Assembly (NCBI GenBank): GCA_949299195.1
Contig: CASFZN010000018.1
Coordinates: 262,129-326,128 of the forward strand
Reading direction: 5' to 3'
Length of the DNA stretch: 64,000 nucleotides
Source: an uncultured bacterium
GTDB lineage: Bacteria > Bacillota_I > Bacilli_A > RFN20 > CAG-826
Numbering within the stretch: the stretch's first letter is position 1; every line of letters starts with the position of its first letter. Shown here one piece after another: positions 50,179 to 60,205 of this stretch. Under the pieces are notes generated by a model. The model did no database searches. It saw only the letters and a list, made by a program, of their open reading frames with translations, and was not told the origin of the DNA. The position numbers were made by a program, and so were the translations under genes.

Positions 50179-51096
50179 ATGGCATTTTATTTAGTTTCTG
50201 GTGATTTAGTAAACATGGAAGTTGATTGCATTGTCGCAAACGCCAATGTCAATTTAAAAATGGTTGAAGGCGTAACTCGTGCAATTTTTCATAAGGCTGG
50301 AGATGTTGAGATGTTAAAGGCTTGTAGAGCAATTGGACACTGCGACGTTGGTAAAGCCGTTATGACTCCATCTTTTGGTATTACAAACACCAAAGCCATT
50401 ATCCATGCAGTTGGTCCTAATTATATAAATGGTAAGCACGGAGAGGAAAAAGCTCTTATTTCTGCTTATAGATCAGTATTTAAAATTATGGATGAAAATA
50501 ATTTTAAATCAGTAGCATTCCCTTTATTATCATCAGATTTTAATTATCCAATTAGAGACGCTTATAAAGTTGCAAGGAAAGAAATTAAAGCATATTTATC
50601 GGATCATTTAGATGTCGATGTCTATATGGTAATTTACTATAAAACAAATTTTGATACCTTCGATGATGATTTTAGAAGTGAAATTAATAATTACGCCTCT
50701 TCTTTATATAAATCAAAAACAACCGTTGATAAAAATATAGTTTCTAACAATAAAGATTTTGTTAAAGCCTTATATGAATTAATGGATAAAAAGAAGATTG
50801 ATGAAAATACTTTAACTTTAAATGCTAATTTAGAATATAAATATTTAGATCGCCTTAAAAATGATGAAACATTCATTCCTAGTAAAGATGCTTTATTATC
50901 GATGGCAGTTGCTTTAGAACTTAAAGTTGAAGAGGTAAATAAATTCTTAGGTTTAATCGGATACGTATTCTCAATTAATACAATCCACGAAATTATTGTA
51001 AGATTCTTTATAGAAAGAAAAGAATATAGCATTTATAGAATAAACGACTTCCTTTTCTATAATAATTTTGATAGCTTATCACACAAAGTATTATAA
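50179..51096 (+). CDS. Macro-domain protein (ADP-ribose / O-acetyl-ADP-ribose processing) with a C-terminal HTH-like extension
   Basis: N-terminal macro domain (VNMEVDCIVANANVNLKMVEGVTRAIFHKAG...AIIHAVGPNY). The C-terminal ~110 aa carry a predicted helix-turn-helix-like segment. Confidence 0.75.
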   Translation: MAFYLVSGDLVNMEVDCIVANANVNLKMVEGVTRAIFHKAGDVEMLKACRAIGHCDVGKAVMTPSFGITNTKAIIHAVGPNYINGKHGEEKALISAYRSVFKIMDENNFKSVAFPLLSSDFNYPIRDAYKVARKEIKAYLSDHLDVDVYMVIYYKTNFDTFDDDFRSEINNYASSLYKSKTTVDKNIVSNNKDFVKALYELMDKKKIDENTLTLNANLEYKYLDRLKNDETFIPSKDALLSMAVALELKVEEVNKFLGLIGYVFSINTIHEIIVRFFIERKEYSIYRINDFLFYNNFDSLSHKVL

Positions 51097-51101
51097 GTAT
51101 A

Positions 51102-51129
51102 AATGACCTTATTTAAGGTCATTTTTTAT
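51102..51129 (+). terminator. Rho-independent terminator (TGACCTT...AAGGTCA plus TTTTTTAT)
   Basis: Hairpin plus T-tract directly after the macro-domain gene stop. Confidence 0.6.
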
Positions 51130-51208
51130 ATAGAAAATTGCCCCTTTAAAAGACTATTTAAAGTGCTAAAATAGTAGTTGTGAATATATGACAATTTAGG
51201 AGGATAAT

Positions 51209-52393
51209 ATGTCAAGATTTACATTACCTAGAGATATCTATTATGGAAACGGCTCTTTAGCAGAATTAAAAAATTTAAAAGGTAAAAGAGCTATCGTCGT
51301 TACCGGCGGACATTCTATGAGAGCTAGTGGTTTTTTAGACAAGACCGTTAACTATTTAAAAGAAGCTGGTATGGAAGTTGAACTTTTCGAAGGTGTCGAA
51401 CCAGATCCATCAATCGAAACCGTTATGAAAGGTGCTGAAGCAATGAGAAAATTCGAACCAGATTGGATCGTTTCAATCGGTGGAGGTTCTCCAATTGATG
51501 CAGCAAAAGCTATGTGGGCATTCTATGAACATCCAGATACCACATTCGAAGCATTATGCACCCCATTCAATTTCCCACACTTAAGAGAAAAAGCAAGATT
51601 CTGTGCTATTCCTTCAACTAGTGGTACCGCAACTGAAGTTACTGCATTCTCAGTTATTACTGACTACGCAAAAGGTATTAAATATCCATTAGCAGACTTC
51701 GAAATTACTCCAGATGTCGCTATTGTCGATCCAGAAATCGTTAGAGGTTTACCAAAAGTACAAGTTGCTTATACCGGAATGGATGCTTTAACTCACGCAG
51801 TTGAGTCATATGTTGGTACAATCGCTACTCCATTCACTGAATGCTTATCATTAAAAGCAATTCAAATGGTCAATACTTACTTAGTTGATTCCTATAACAA
51901 TCCAGAAGGTAAAGGTAGAGAAGAAATGCACTATGCTCAATGTTTAGCAGGTATGGCATTCTCAAACGCTTTACTTGGTATCGTTCACTCAATGGCTCAT
52001 AAGAGTGGTGCTGCATTCTCAACCGGTCACATTCCACACGGATGTGCTAACGCAATGTATTTACCACACGTCATTGAATATAATGCAAACAACAAAGTCG
52101 CATTAGAAAGATATGCTCAAATTGCAACTGCATTAGGTATTCAAGGACATGATGCACATGAACAAACTCAAGGTTTAATCAATAGAATTCATGAATTAAA
52201 TACTTTATTAGGTATTCCACACTCAATGCAAGAATTTGGTGTTAAAGAAGATGAATTCCTAGAAAAATTACCACACATTGCTCATGAAGCAGTTGGAGAT
52301 GCTTGTACTGGAACTAACCCAAATCCAATTGATGACAAAACAATGGAAGAGCTCTTCAAATGCTGCTACTATAACATTCCATATAAATTCTAA
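51209..52393 (+). CDS. Iron-containing (group III) alcohol dehydrogenase, lactaldehyde / 1,3-propanediol reductase-like
   Basis: Fe-ADH motifs GGGSPIDAAKA and the His-rich metal site (HAVES...H...H). RBS AGGAGG. 394 aa. Confidence 0.9.
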   Translation: MSRFTLPRDIYYGNGSLAELKNLKGKRAIVVTGGHSMRASGFLDKTVNYLKEAGMEVELFEGVEPDPSIETVMKGAEAMRKFEPDWIVSIGGGSPIDAAKAMWAFYEHPDTTFEALCTPFNFPHLREKARFCAIPSTSGTATEVTAFSVITDYAKGIKYPLADFEITPDVAIVDPEIVRGLPKVQVAYTGMDALTHAVESYVGTIATPFTECLSLKAIQMVNTYLVDSYNNPEGKGREEMHYAQCLAGMAFSNALLGIVHSMAHKSGAAFSTGHIPHGCANAMYLPHVIEYNANNKVALERYAQIATALGIQGHDAHEQTQGLINRIHELNTLLGIPHSMQEFGVKEDEFLEKLPHIAHEAVGDACTGTNPNPIDDKTMEELFKCCYYNIPYKF

Positions 52394-52431
52394 TCTAGTA
52401 AATATAAATTAAAGAATTAAATGAATGTTAA

Positions 52432-52462
52432 AGATGGATAAAATTTTATCCATCTTTTTTTA
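52432..52462 (+). terminator. Rho-independent terminator (AGATGGATAAAAT/ATTTTATCCATCT plus T7)
   Basis: A 12-bp near-perfect palindrome followed by TTTTTTT. Confidence 0.65.
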
Positions 52463-52495
52463 ACAATATATAAATATTTGATATAATTTTAAGGT

Positions 52496-55327
52496 ATGTC
52501 AAATAGTGATGAAATTAAGATAAAAGGTGCGAAAGAAAATAACCTTAAAAATATAGATTTAGTCTTACCAAAAAATAAACTTATTGTCTTTACAGGAGTA
52601 TCAGGAAGTGGAAAATCCACCCTAGCCTTCGATACTATTTTTGCTGAAGGACAAAGAAGATATGTAGAAAGTTTATCTAGCTACGCTAGACAGTTTTTAG
52701 GTAGTTTTGAAAAACCAGATGTTGAAAGTATCGAAGGTTTATCCCCTTCCATTTCAATCGATCAAAAATCTACCTCTCATAACCCTCGTTCAACTGTTGG
52801 TACTGTTACTGAAATTTATGATTATTTAAGATTACTTTATTCTCGAATTGGAGTCCCTTATTGTCCACATCATCATATCCCAATTGTTGCCTATTCTATT
52901 CCTAAAATAGTCGATTTAATAATGAACAATGAAGAAGGAAGTAAGATTGTAATTATGGCTCCTGTTGTTAAAAAAGAAAAAGGAACCCATAAGGCAACAT
53001 TAGAAAAAATTGCTAAAAATGGCTTTGTTAGAGTTAGAGTTAATGGGGAAATAAAACGTATTGAAGAAATAAAAGACTTAGAAAAGAATATTAAGCATTC
53101 TATCGATATTGTTATCGATAGAATTGTTAATAAACCAGATATTAATTCAAGATTATTTGAAGATATTGAAACTGCTACTAACTGGGGAAATGGTTTTGTT
53201 ATTGTATTAATAAATAATGAAGAAAAATTATATTCTTCGCATAACGCTTGTCCTGAATGTGGTTATACTATCCCAAAACTTGAACCTAGATTATTCTCTT
53301 TTAATAATCCTTTAGGATGCTGTCCTTCTTGTAATGGACTTGGTATAAAACAAGAAGTAGATCTTTCTTTATTAGTACCAGATCCTAATTTGTCAATTAA
53401 TGAAGGCGCCATTCTTTATTATAAATACACTGTTAATACCACCAATTTAGATTGGGCACAATTTAAGGTTTTACTCAATCATTATCATATTTCTTGTGAT
53501 AAACCTTTTAAAGATTTAACTGAAGATGAAGTTGATATTATTTTAAATGGTTCTAGAGAAATTATTGATTATACTTTAACAAGTAGTAGTGGAAACACTA
53601 ATAAAAAACACGGATATATTGAAGGCGTAAAAACCAGAATTGAAAGGCTTTATAATGAAACAAGTAGTGAATTTAACCGTCAATACTACGCTAAATTTTT
53701 AAAAGATACCATTTGCACAACCTGTAATGGAGCTAGACTCAATGAAAGTGTTTTAAATGTATTTATCGATAATAAATCTATTTATGATGTTTGTTTACTA
53801 ACTCTTGATAAGTTATATGAATGGATTAACGATTTAAAATTTAAATTGAGTGAAAATCAACTAAATATCGCTTCGCTTATATTAAATGAAATTACTAATA
53901 GAACTAAATTTTTGTTAGATGTTGGATTAGAATATTTAACTCTTGCTAGATACGCAATGTCTCTTTCAGGAGGAGAAGCCCAAAGAATTAGACTTGCTAC
54001 TCAAATTGGAAGTAAATTATCAGGTGTTTTATATGTTTTAGATGAACCTTCAATTGGTTTACACCAAAGAGATAGTGCAAAACTTATCGCTTCTTTAAAA
54101 GAAATGAGGGATTTAGGAAATACTTTAATTGTTGTCGAACATGATGAAGAAATGATTAAAGCTGCCGATTATATCGTTGATGTTGGACCAAAAGCCGGAA
54201 TTCATGGTGGTGAAATTGTTGCTAAAGGTTCTTTAAAAGATATTGAAGAGAACAAAAACTCTTTAACCGGAGATTATTTAAGTGGTAGAAAGGAAATTAA
54301 AGTTCCTACCTTTAGAAGAAAAGGTAACGGCAAATTTATCGAACTTAAAGGGGCAACTTTAAATAACTTAAAACACGTTGATATTAAGATTCCTTTGGGT
54401 AGTTTTGTTGCAGTTACAGGAGTTTCAGGAAGTGGAAAATCTTCCCTTATTAACGAAACTTTATATAGTGCAATTTATACAAAACTATATAAAGTTAAAA
54501 CTTTCTGTGGACCATATGATGAATTGCTTGGACTCGAAAATATCGATAAAGTCGTTAATATTTCTCAAGAACCAATCGGTAAAACTCCTAGATCAAATCC
54601 GGCCACATATGTAAAAGCGTTCGATGATATTCGTGATATTTTTGCTCTTACTCCTGAAGCTAAAGCCAGAGGTTTTAATAAATCTAGATTTTCTTTCAAT
54701 ATGCCTGGAGGAAGATGTGAACACTGCCAAGGAGCCGGAGTTACTCGTATTCCAATGAATTTTTTACCTGACGTTTATGTTAAATGTGATGAATGCGATG
54801 GTAAAAGATATAATATCGAAACTTTATCATGCTTATATAAAGGTAAAAATATTTATGATATTTTAGAAATGAGCATTGAAGAAGCTTATGATTTCTTTAA
54901 AAATCACCGAAAACTTGCGCATAAACTTAAAACTTTAAATGATGTAGGATTAGGTTATTTAAAATTAGGTCAAAATGCTGTTACTCTTTCAGGTGGTGAA
55001 GCTCAAAGAGTTAAACTAGCTTATTATTTAGAAAGAAAGCCTACTGGAAAGAGTTTATATATTCTTGATGAACCTACAACCGGCCTTCATACAGATGATG
55101 TTGCAAGATTAATTAAAGTATTGAATGAAATCGTTGAGCACGGCGATACTGTAGTTGTTATTGAACATAATCTTGATGTTATAAAAGTTGCCGATTATAT
55201 CATTGATTTAGGACCAGAAGGTGGAGATAAGGGAGGAAGAGTTGTTGCTAAGGGTACACCAGAAGAAGTAGCAAAAAATCTTTCATCCTTTACAGGAGAA
55301 TATTTAAATAAAGTATTAAAGAAATAA
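52496..55327 (+). CDS. uvrA: Excinuclease ABC subunit A
   Basis: Two ABC modules (GVSGSGKS twice, LSGGEAQR twice) and zinc fingers. 943 aa. Confidence 0.97.
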   Translation: MSNSDEIKIKGAKENNLKNIDLVLPKNKLIVFTGVSGSGKSTLAFDTIFAEGQRRYVESLSSYARQFLGSFEKPDVESIEGLSPSISIDQKSTSHNPRSTVGTVTEIYDYLRLLYSRIGVPYCPHHHIPIVAYSIPKIVDLIMNNEEGSKIVIMAPVVKKEKGTHKATLEKIAKNGFVRVRVNGEIKRIEEIKDLEKNIKHSIDIVIDRIVNKPDINSRLFEDIETATNWGNGFVIVLINNEEKLYSSHNACPECGYTIPKLEPRLFSFNNPLGCCPSCNGLGIKQEVDLSLLVPDPNLSINEGAILYYKYTVNTTNLDWAQFKVLLNHYHISCDKPFKDLTEDEVDIILNGSREIIDYTLTSSSGNTNKKHGYIEGVKTRIERLYNETSSEFNRQYYAKFLKDTICTTCNGARLNESVLNVFIDNKSIYDVCLLTLDKLYEWINDLKFKLSENQLNIASLILNEITNRTKFLLDVGLEYLTLARYAMSLSGGEAQRIRLATQIGSKLSGVLYVLDEPSIGLHQRDSAKLIASLKEMRDLGNTLIVVEHDEEMIKAADYIVDVGPKAGIHGGEIVAKGSLKDIEENKNSLTGDYLSGRKEIKVPTFRRKGNGKFIELKGATLNNLKHVDIKIPLGSFVAVTGVSGSGKSSLINETLYSAIYTKLYKVKTFCGPYDELLGLENIDKVVNISQEPIGKTPRSNPATYVKAFDDIRDIFALTPEAKARGFNKSRFSFNMPGGRCEHCQGAGVTRIPMNFLPDVYVKCDECDGKRYNIETLSCLYKGKNIYDILEMSIEEAYDFFKNHRKLAHKLKTLNDVGLGYLKLGQNAVTLSGGEAQRVKLAYYLERKPTGKSLYILDEPTTGLHTDDVARLIKVLNEIVEHGDTVVVIEHNLDVIKVADYIIDLGPEGGDKGGRVVAKGTPEEVAKNLSSFTGEYLNKVLKK

Positions 55328-55376
55328 AAATATACGAATATTAGTTTAAAATAGTATGGAAAAGAGGTAAGTAAAT

Positions 55377-56873
55377 ATGAATGAATTTGTTTATTATTTA
55401 GGTTTAATATTGTTCCTTTTTGGACTTATAAGTTTTATTCCTTTTTTAATGAAAATTTATAAAAAAAGAGGTGAATATAAGACCTTAAAAGAGTTTCTTT
55501 TAGCTAAGAAATTATACTTTATTTTACCTCCTATTGCTTTTGCTTTAGGAATCGTATTCCTATGTATTGCTTTTTATAATAACCCCTATACCATCGAATT
55601 TTTAGCCGAAAAAGGATTATCTACAACTTGGTTCCATCAAACCGGAACATATGTATTTGGAATTCTTTTTGCTTTATCTTTATTTTCATTATTTTATATT
55701 CTTTACATTAAGTTATATTTAGAAAACTTTAATCTAAAAAGAAAGAATTTAAATATTGCGTTAACTATTTCAATTATTGTTACAATCGTTACTTTCTATG
55801 TCTTTGGAGAATGTAACGCTCCTTATTTAGAATATCCTCTTGCAAATGGCGTATATATTGGTGCTCAAGGCATTAAACTTATTAATACCTATACTCAAGG
55901 AATAGATTATTCAAATGGATTTACTATTTATTTATATGCAATATTCATCCTTTTTGGAGCTTGTTTAGTCCTTTATGTTTGTGATTATAAATTATATAAA
56001 ATCTATGGAAAGCATGATTTAATTACCAATACCTTCCTAGTTGGTTTCCCTTGTGGAATTGTCGGTGCTAGACTTTGGTATGTTGTACTTGATGTCTCAT
56101 CAGGTGGTACCAATTTTACAGGTTCAAACTGGGTAAACATCTTTAATTTTAGAGATGGCGGACTTGGTATTATGGGTGGCGCTATCTTAGGAATTATTGG
56201 AGGTGTTAGCCAAATTTTAATTGTTAAATATGGAACTAAGAATCCAAATTATAAGAATTTTGATTTACTTCAAGCAGCTGATATTATCGTTCCATGCATT
56301 TTATTTGCTCAAGCAATCGGAAGACTTGGAAACTTCTTTAATAACGAAGTATATGGTGGATTAGTTGATATTTCTTATTGGGAATGGCTACCTACTTGGA
56401 TTAAAAATAATATGTATTTTCAACACGGAAGCGTTCTTCCTGGACAATCATTAAGTGAAATGATGAATAATGGAGTATTTTCTATGCCGCTATTTTTTAT
56501 TGAATTCTGCACAAATTTAGCAGGTTACTTCATCTTAGAGTATGGAATTAGACATGGATTAAAGAAAATCCATAGTGATGGAACTTTAATTGGTGGATAT
56601 TTAATTTGGTATGGCTTAACTAGAGTCATCTTAGAACCATTAAGAACCAGCGCAGATTATTATGGAACTAGTGAAATTACTGCCTGGGTAATGGTAATTA
56701 TTGGAGTAATAATTGTCATCTTCTTTGTTATTAATAATTATGTATTTAAGAAAAAAGAATTACTTTGGTATAAGAAAAAAGAAGTTGTCACTAATGAAGG
56801 AGTAACTTTAAGTACTAATGAACCTGAAAAAGAAGAAGAACCTTCAAAAGAAAATAACGATAAAAAGGAATAA
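55377..56873 (+). CDS. lgt: Prolipoprotein diacylglyceryl transferase with a ~200-aa N-terminal multi-TM extension
   Basis: Lgt signature region (GGLGIMGGAILGIIGG, GRLGNFFNNEVYG). 498 aa versus ~270 aa for typical Lgt. Followed by a ppaX-like gene as in Bacillus. Confidence 0.7.
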   Translation: MNEFVYYLGLILFLFGLISFIPFLMKIYKKRGEYKTLKEFLLAKKLYFILPPIAFALGIVFLCIAFYNNPYTIEFLAEKGLSTTWFHQTGTYVFGILFALSLFSLFYILYIKLYLENFNLKRKNLNIALTISIIVTIVTFYVFGECNAPYLEYPLANGVYIGAQGIKLINTYTQGIDYSNGFTIYLYAIFILFGACLVLYVCDYKLYKIYGKHDLITNTFLVGFPCGIVGARLWYVVLDVSSGGTNFTGSNWVNIFNFRDGGLGIMGGAILGIIGGVSQILIVKYGTKNPNYKNFDLLQAADIIVPCILFAQAIGRLGNFFNNEVYGGLVDISYWEWLPTWIKNNMYFQHGSVLPGQSLSEMMNNGVFSMPLFFIEFCTNLAGYFILEYGIRHGLKKIHSDGTLIGGYLIWYGLTRVILEPLRTSADYYGTSEITAWVMVIIGVIIVIFFVINNYVFKKKELLWYKKKEVVTNEGVTLSTNEPEKEEEPSKENNDKKE

Positions 56874-56906
56874 ATAATAGGTATTAAATTAATTAAAAAA
56901 ATAATT

Positions 56907-57560
56907 ATGGTTAAACTTTTAGTTTTTGATATGGATGGAACAATTATTGATTCCGATATTATTCTTTATAAGACCTGGCAAGAACTTTATGATCTTTATA
57001 ATGGTCATAAAGTATTTGATATTAAAAAAATAAGTGAATATTCAGGTCCACCTTTAGATTATGCTATTAATGATGCTTTTAAAGATTATGAGGACAAAGA
57101 ATTTATTAGGAAAGAATATCGAAAAAGAACTAAAAAATATTATGATACCGATTTAACTCTTTTTCCTAATACCTATGAGGTATTAAAGAAAATACACGAT
57201 GAACATCATATAAAGTTTGGAATCTTTACCGCTAAAACCTTAGAAATGACTAAATACTGTTTAGATAAATATAATCTAACTGAATTATTTGATGATTTTA
57301 TTACCTGTGATTCAATCTTTCCTCCTAAACCAAATAAGGAAGGAATAGAATATTTAATAAATAAATATAAATTAAATAATGATGAAATAATTATGGTAGG
57401 AGATACTATTAATGATGCTTTAGTAGCTTCTAATTCTAATATTAAGTCAATTATTTTTATGATGCATGAAAGAAAAGATATCGATAAGGTAAAAATTACT
57501 AAAAAAGTAAATAATTATTTAGAATTTTATGATTATTTGTTAAATGAAAAATTAATATAA
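56907..57560 (+). CDS. HAD-superfamily hydrolase (PpaX-like)
   Basis: HAD motif I FDMDGTIIDSD and motif IV GDTINDA. 217 aa. Confidence 0.7.
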   Translation: MVKLLVFDMDGTIIDSDIILYKTWQELYDLYNGHKVFDIKKISEYSGPPLDYAINDAFKDYEDKEFIRKEYRKRTKKYYDTDLTLFPNTYEVLKKIHDEHHIKFGIFTAKTLEMTKYCLDKYNLTELFDDFITCDSIFPPKPNKEGIEYLINKYKLNNDEIIMVGDTINDALVASNSNIKSIIFMMHERKDIDKVKITKKVNNYLEFYDYLLNEKLI

Positions 57561-57593
57561 TAAAATAAAAGTAATTTATAAAGATATATACAT

Positions 57594-58559
57594 ATGAAAG
57601 AAGAATTATCTTTTGCAAAAATAGTTAAAGAAGAAATAACCACTAATGAATTTAATAGAGATATTAATATTTCTTTATTATCTTCATTTTTAAAGTGCTC
57701 TGCACATTTACAAATTAAAGATAATAAAGAAAGAATCTTAATAAAGAGTGAAAACGCAAAAGTAATTCGATATATCTATAACATCCTAAAAAAAGAATTT
57801 AAAAATATAAACCTTACTTTCTCATATCGAAAATCGATGAGATTTAATAAATCTACCGAATACATTATCAATGTTTTAAATCAGGTAGATGAATTATTAG
57901 AAGAATTAAAATTAGACTTTTTATCCACAAAAATCCATAAAGATTTAATAGATAAAGATGAGAAAATAAGAGGATATATGATTGGGTTATTTCTTTCTAA
58001 AGGAAGTATTTCTAATCCTCAAACCTCTAATTATCATTTTGAATTCTATGTAAATAGTGAAGAATATGCTCAAAATATTTTAAAACTCACTTCTAAAATA
58101 AAGGTTTATTATTTTGAATTCAAAATGATAAAAAGAAGAAATAACTATGTTTTATATTTAAAAAAGAGCGAACAAATAGGTAGTTTTTTAGCATATATGG
58201 ACGCATATAATTCAAGTTTAGAATATGAAGGATTAAGACTAGAAAGAGATATGTCTAATTCTGTTAATAGAATGCAAAATCTTGATTTATATAACTATAA
58301 AAAGAGTATAAAAAATAGTGAAGAATTAATCGATTTAATTAAATATATTGATAAGAAGTTAGGAATTAAAAATATAAATAACGAGAAAGTTAGAGAACTA
58401 TGTTATTTAAGAATGGAACATCCAGAAGCTTCCTATCAAGAGTTAGCAACATTTTTATCGATAAAACTCGATAAAAATGTCTCTAAAAGTAACGTCAATC
58501 ACATAATAATTAGAATAAGAGAAATCGGAGAAAGATTGAATTATGGAAAAGAAGATTAG
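57594..58559 (+). CDS. whiA: DNA-binding protein WhiA
   Basis: N-terminus FAKIVKEEI (WhiA pattern FSSEVKEEL), a degenerate LAGLIDADG-like double domain and a C-terminal HTH. 321 aa. Confidence 0.75.
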   Translation: MKEELSFAKIVKEEITTNEFNRDINISLLSSFLKCSAHLQIKDNKERILIKSENAKVIRYIYNILKKEFKNINLTFSYRKSMRFNKSTEYIINVLNQVDELLEELKLDFLSTKIHKDLIDKDEKIRGYMIGLFLSKGSISNPQTSNYHFEFYVNSEEYAQNILKLTSKIKVYYFEFKMIKRRNNYVLYLKKSEQIGSFLAYMDAYNSSLEYEGLRLERDMSNSVNRMQNLDLYNYKKSIKNSEELIDLIKYIDKKLGIKNINNEKVRELCYLRMEHPEASYQELATFLSIKLDKNVSKSNVNHIIIRIREIGERLNYGKED

Positions 58560-58797
58560 AAATGTTAAAAAAGATTTAGCAGACCATTTAAGGGATCTTC
58601 GCTTAGATAGAAATCTTTCTCAAGAAGAAGCTGCAAAGATGTGCGGATTAAGCAAATCTTATTATTGTGAATTAGAAAACGGGGTAAGAAATCCTACTTT
58701 AGAGATTCTATATAGAATAGCTTTAGGCTTTGATATTGAAATGGAGGAGTTATTTCATAATGTTGGTAAATCATCTATTATAAATACGAAAAAATAG
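58543..58797 (+). CDS. XRE-family HTH transcriptional regulator
   Basis: LRLDRNLSQEEAAKMCGLSKSYYCELENGVRNPTLEILYRIA is a classical HTH_3 domain. 84 aa. Confidence 0.7.
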   Translation: MEKKIRNVKKDLADHLRDLRLDRNLSQEEAAKMCGLSKSYYCELENGVRNPTLEILYRIALGFDIEMEELFHNVGKSSIINTKK

Positions 58798-58807
58798 GGA
58801 GGAAAAA

Positions 58808-58823
58808 GTTTCCACGTGGAAAC
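58808..58823. repeat. Dispersed palindrome copy 9, 10 nt after the XRE regulator stop and upstream of sdaA
   Basis: Exact 16-mer flanked by AAAAA...TTT. Confidence 0.9.
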
Positions 58824-58910
58824 TTTATGTATAAATAGCAGTTTTCTAGTATACTAAAAAACTCCTAAAATTAGGTTTTGATAGAATTATGAAGAAATAA
58901 TTTAATACTT

Positions 58911-60188
58911 ATGTTACAAAGTTTAAAAAGATTATATATTCAAGGTCCTGGACCTTCTTCATCTCATACAATTGGGCCATATAAAGCTGCAATTGATTTT
59001 TTAGAGTCTGAAGTAACTATAGAAAAATTACCTTTGCTTAAAGAGATAGAAGTAACTTTATATGGCTCTTTAGCACTCACCGGAAAAGGACATTTAACCG
59101 ATAAAATTATTAAAGACACTTTAAAAGAATCGCTAGATAAAAATATAGAAAATTCTGATAATATCGAGATTTTAATTAAATTTGATATTAAAAAATCTAC
59201 TCTTAAGCATCCTAATACAATGAAGTTTAAAGCTTATTTTAAGGGCGAAAATATTGAAGGAATTAAAGCCACCTATTATTCTATTGGAGGTGGAGAGATT
59301 CTTAAAAACTCTTTAGAAAAAAGAAAGAAGAAGTTTATTTATCCATTCTCATCTTTTAATGAAATAGTTGAATATTGTAATAAAAATAATATTACCGATT
59401 TAAAAGATTTAGTCGATAAATATGAAGATAAAGATATCGATAATTATTTATATGGAATCTTAAATATAATGATTAATAGTGTTAAAGAAGGCTTAACTAT
59501 TGAAGGTAAACTCCCAGGTAAATTATCTTTAGATAGAATCGCTAAAAGATTATATGAAAACACTCTTTCTTTATCTGATTCTGATAATGAAAAAATAATG
59601 ATGTTGCTCACATCTTTTGCTTATGCGGTTGCTGAAAATAATGCATCTGGAAAAATAGTAGTTACATCTCCTACATGTGGAAGTAGTGGTATTATTCCTT
59701 CAATACTTTATTATTTTAAATATTATAAAAATGAATCAGATAAAAGACTTATCGATTCATTAAAAGTGGCTTCTATATTTGGAAATCTTGCTAAAGAAAA
59801 CGCAACAATTTCAGGAGCAGTAGGAGGATGCCAAGCTGAAATAGGAGTAGCCTCTTCTATGGGGGCAGCAATATTCGCATATTTATATAATCTTTCTATT
59901 TATCAAATAGAATATGCAGCTGAACTAGCATTAGAACATTTCTTAGGATTAACCTGTGATCCTGTGGAAGGATACGTTCAAATACCATGTATTGAACGTA
60001 ATGGAATCGGAGTATTAAGAAGCTATAGTGCGGCATTATATGCTAAAAATATCGCTCTTATCCGTAAAAATAGAGTTACATTTGATGAAGTATTAAAAAC
60101 AATGAAATTAACAGGAGATGACTTATCAATCTATTATAAAGAAACCTCTATTGGAGGATTAGCAAAGATTAAAAAACTCGAAGAATAG
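58911..60188 (+). CDS. sdaA: L-serine dehydratase (iron-sulfur-dependent, single-chain beta+alpha)
   Basis: N-terminal GPGPSSSHTIGP and alpha-domain SPTCGSSGIIPS motifs. 425 aa. No obvious SD sequence before the ATG. Confidence 0.75.
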   Translation: MLQSLKRLYIQGPGPSSSHTIGPYKAAIDFLESEVTIEKLPLLKEIEVTLYGSLALTGKGHLTDKIIKDTLKESLDKNIENSDNIEILIKFDIKKSTLKHPNTMKFKAYFKGENIEGIKATYYSIGGGEILKNSLEKRKKKFIYPFSSFNEIVEYCNKNNITDLKDLVDKYEDKDIDNYLYGILNIMINSVKEGLTIEGKLPGKLSLDRIAKRLYENTLSLSDSDNEKIMMLLTSFAYAVAENNASGKIVVTSPTCGSSGIIPSILYYFKYYKNESDKRLIDSLKVASIFGNLAKENATISGAVGGCQAEIGVASSMGAAIFAYLYNLSIYQIEYAAELALEHFLGLTCDPVEGYVQIPCIERNGIGVLRSYSAALYAKNIALIRKNRVTFDEVLKTMKLTGDDLSIYYKETSIGGLAKIKKLEE

Positions 60189-60205
60189 CAATGTTCTTCG
60201 AGTTT

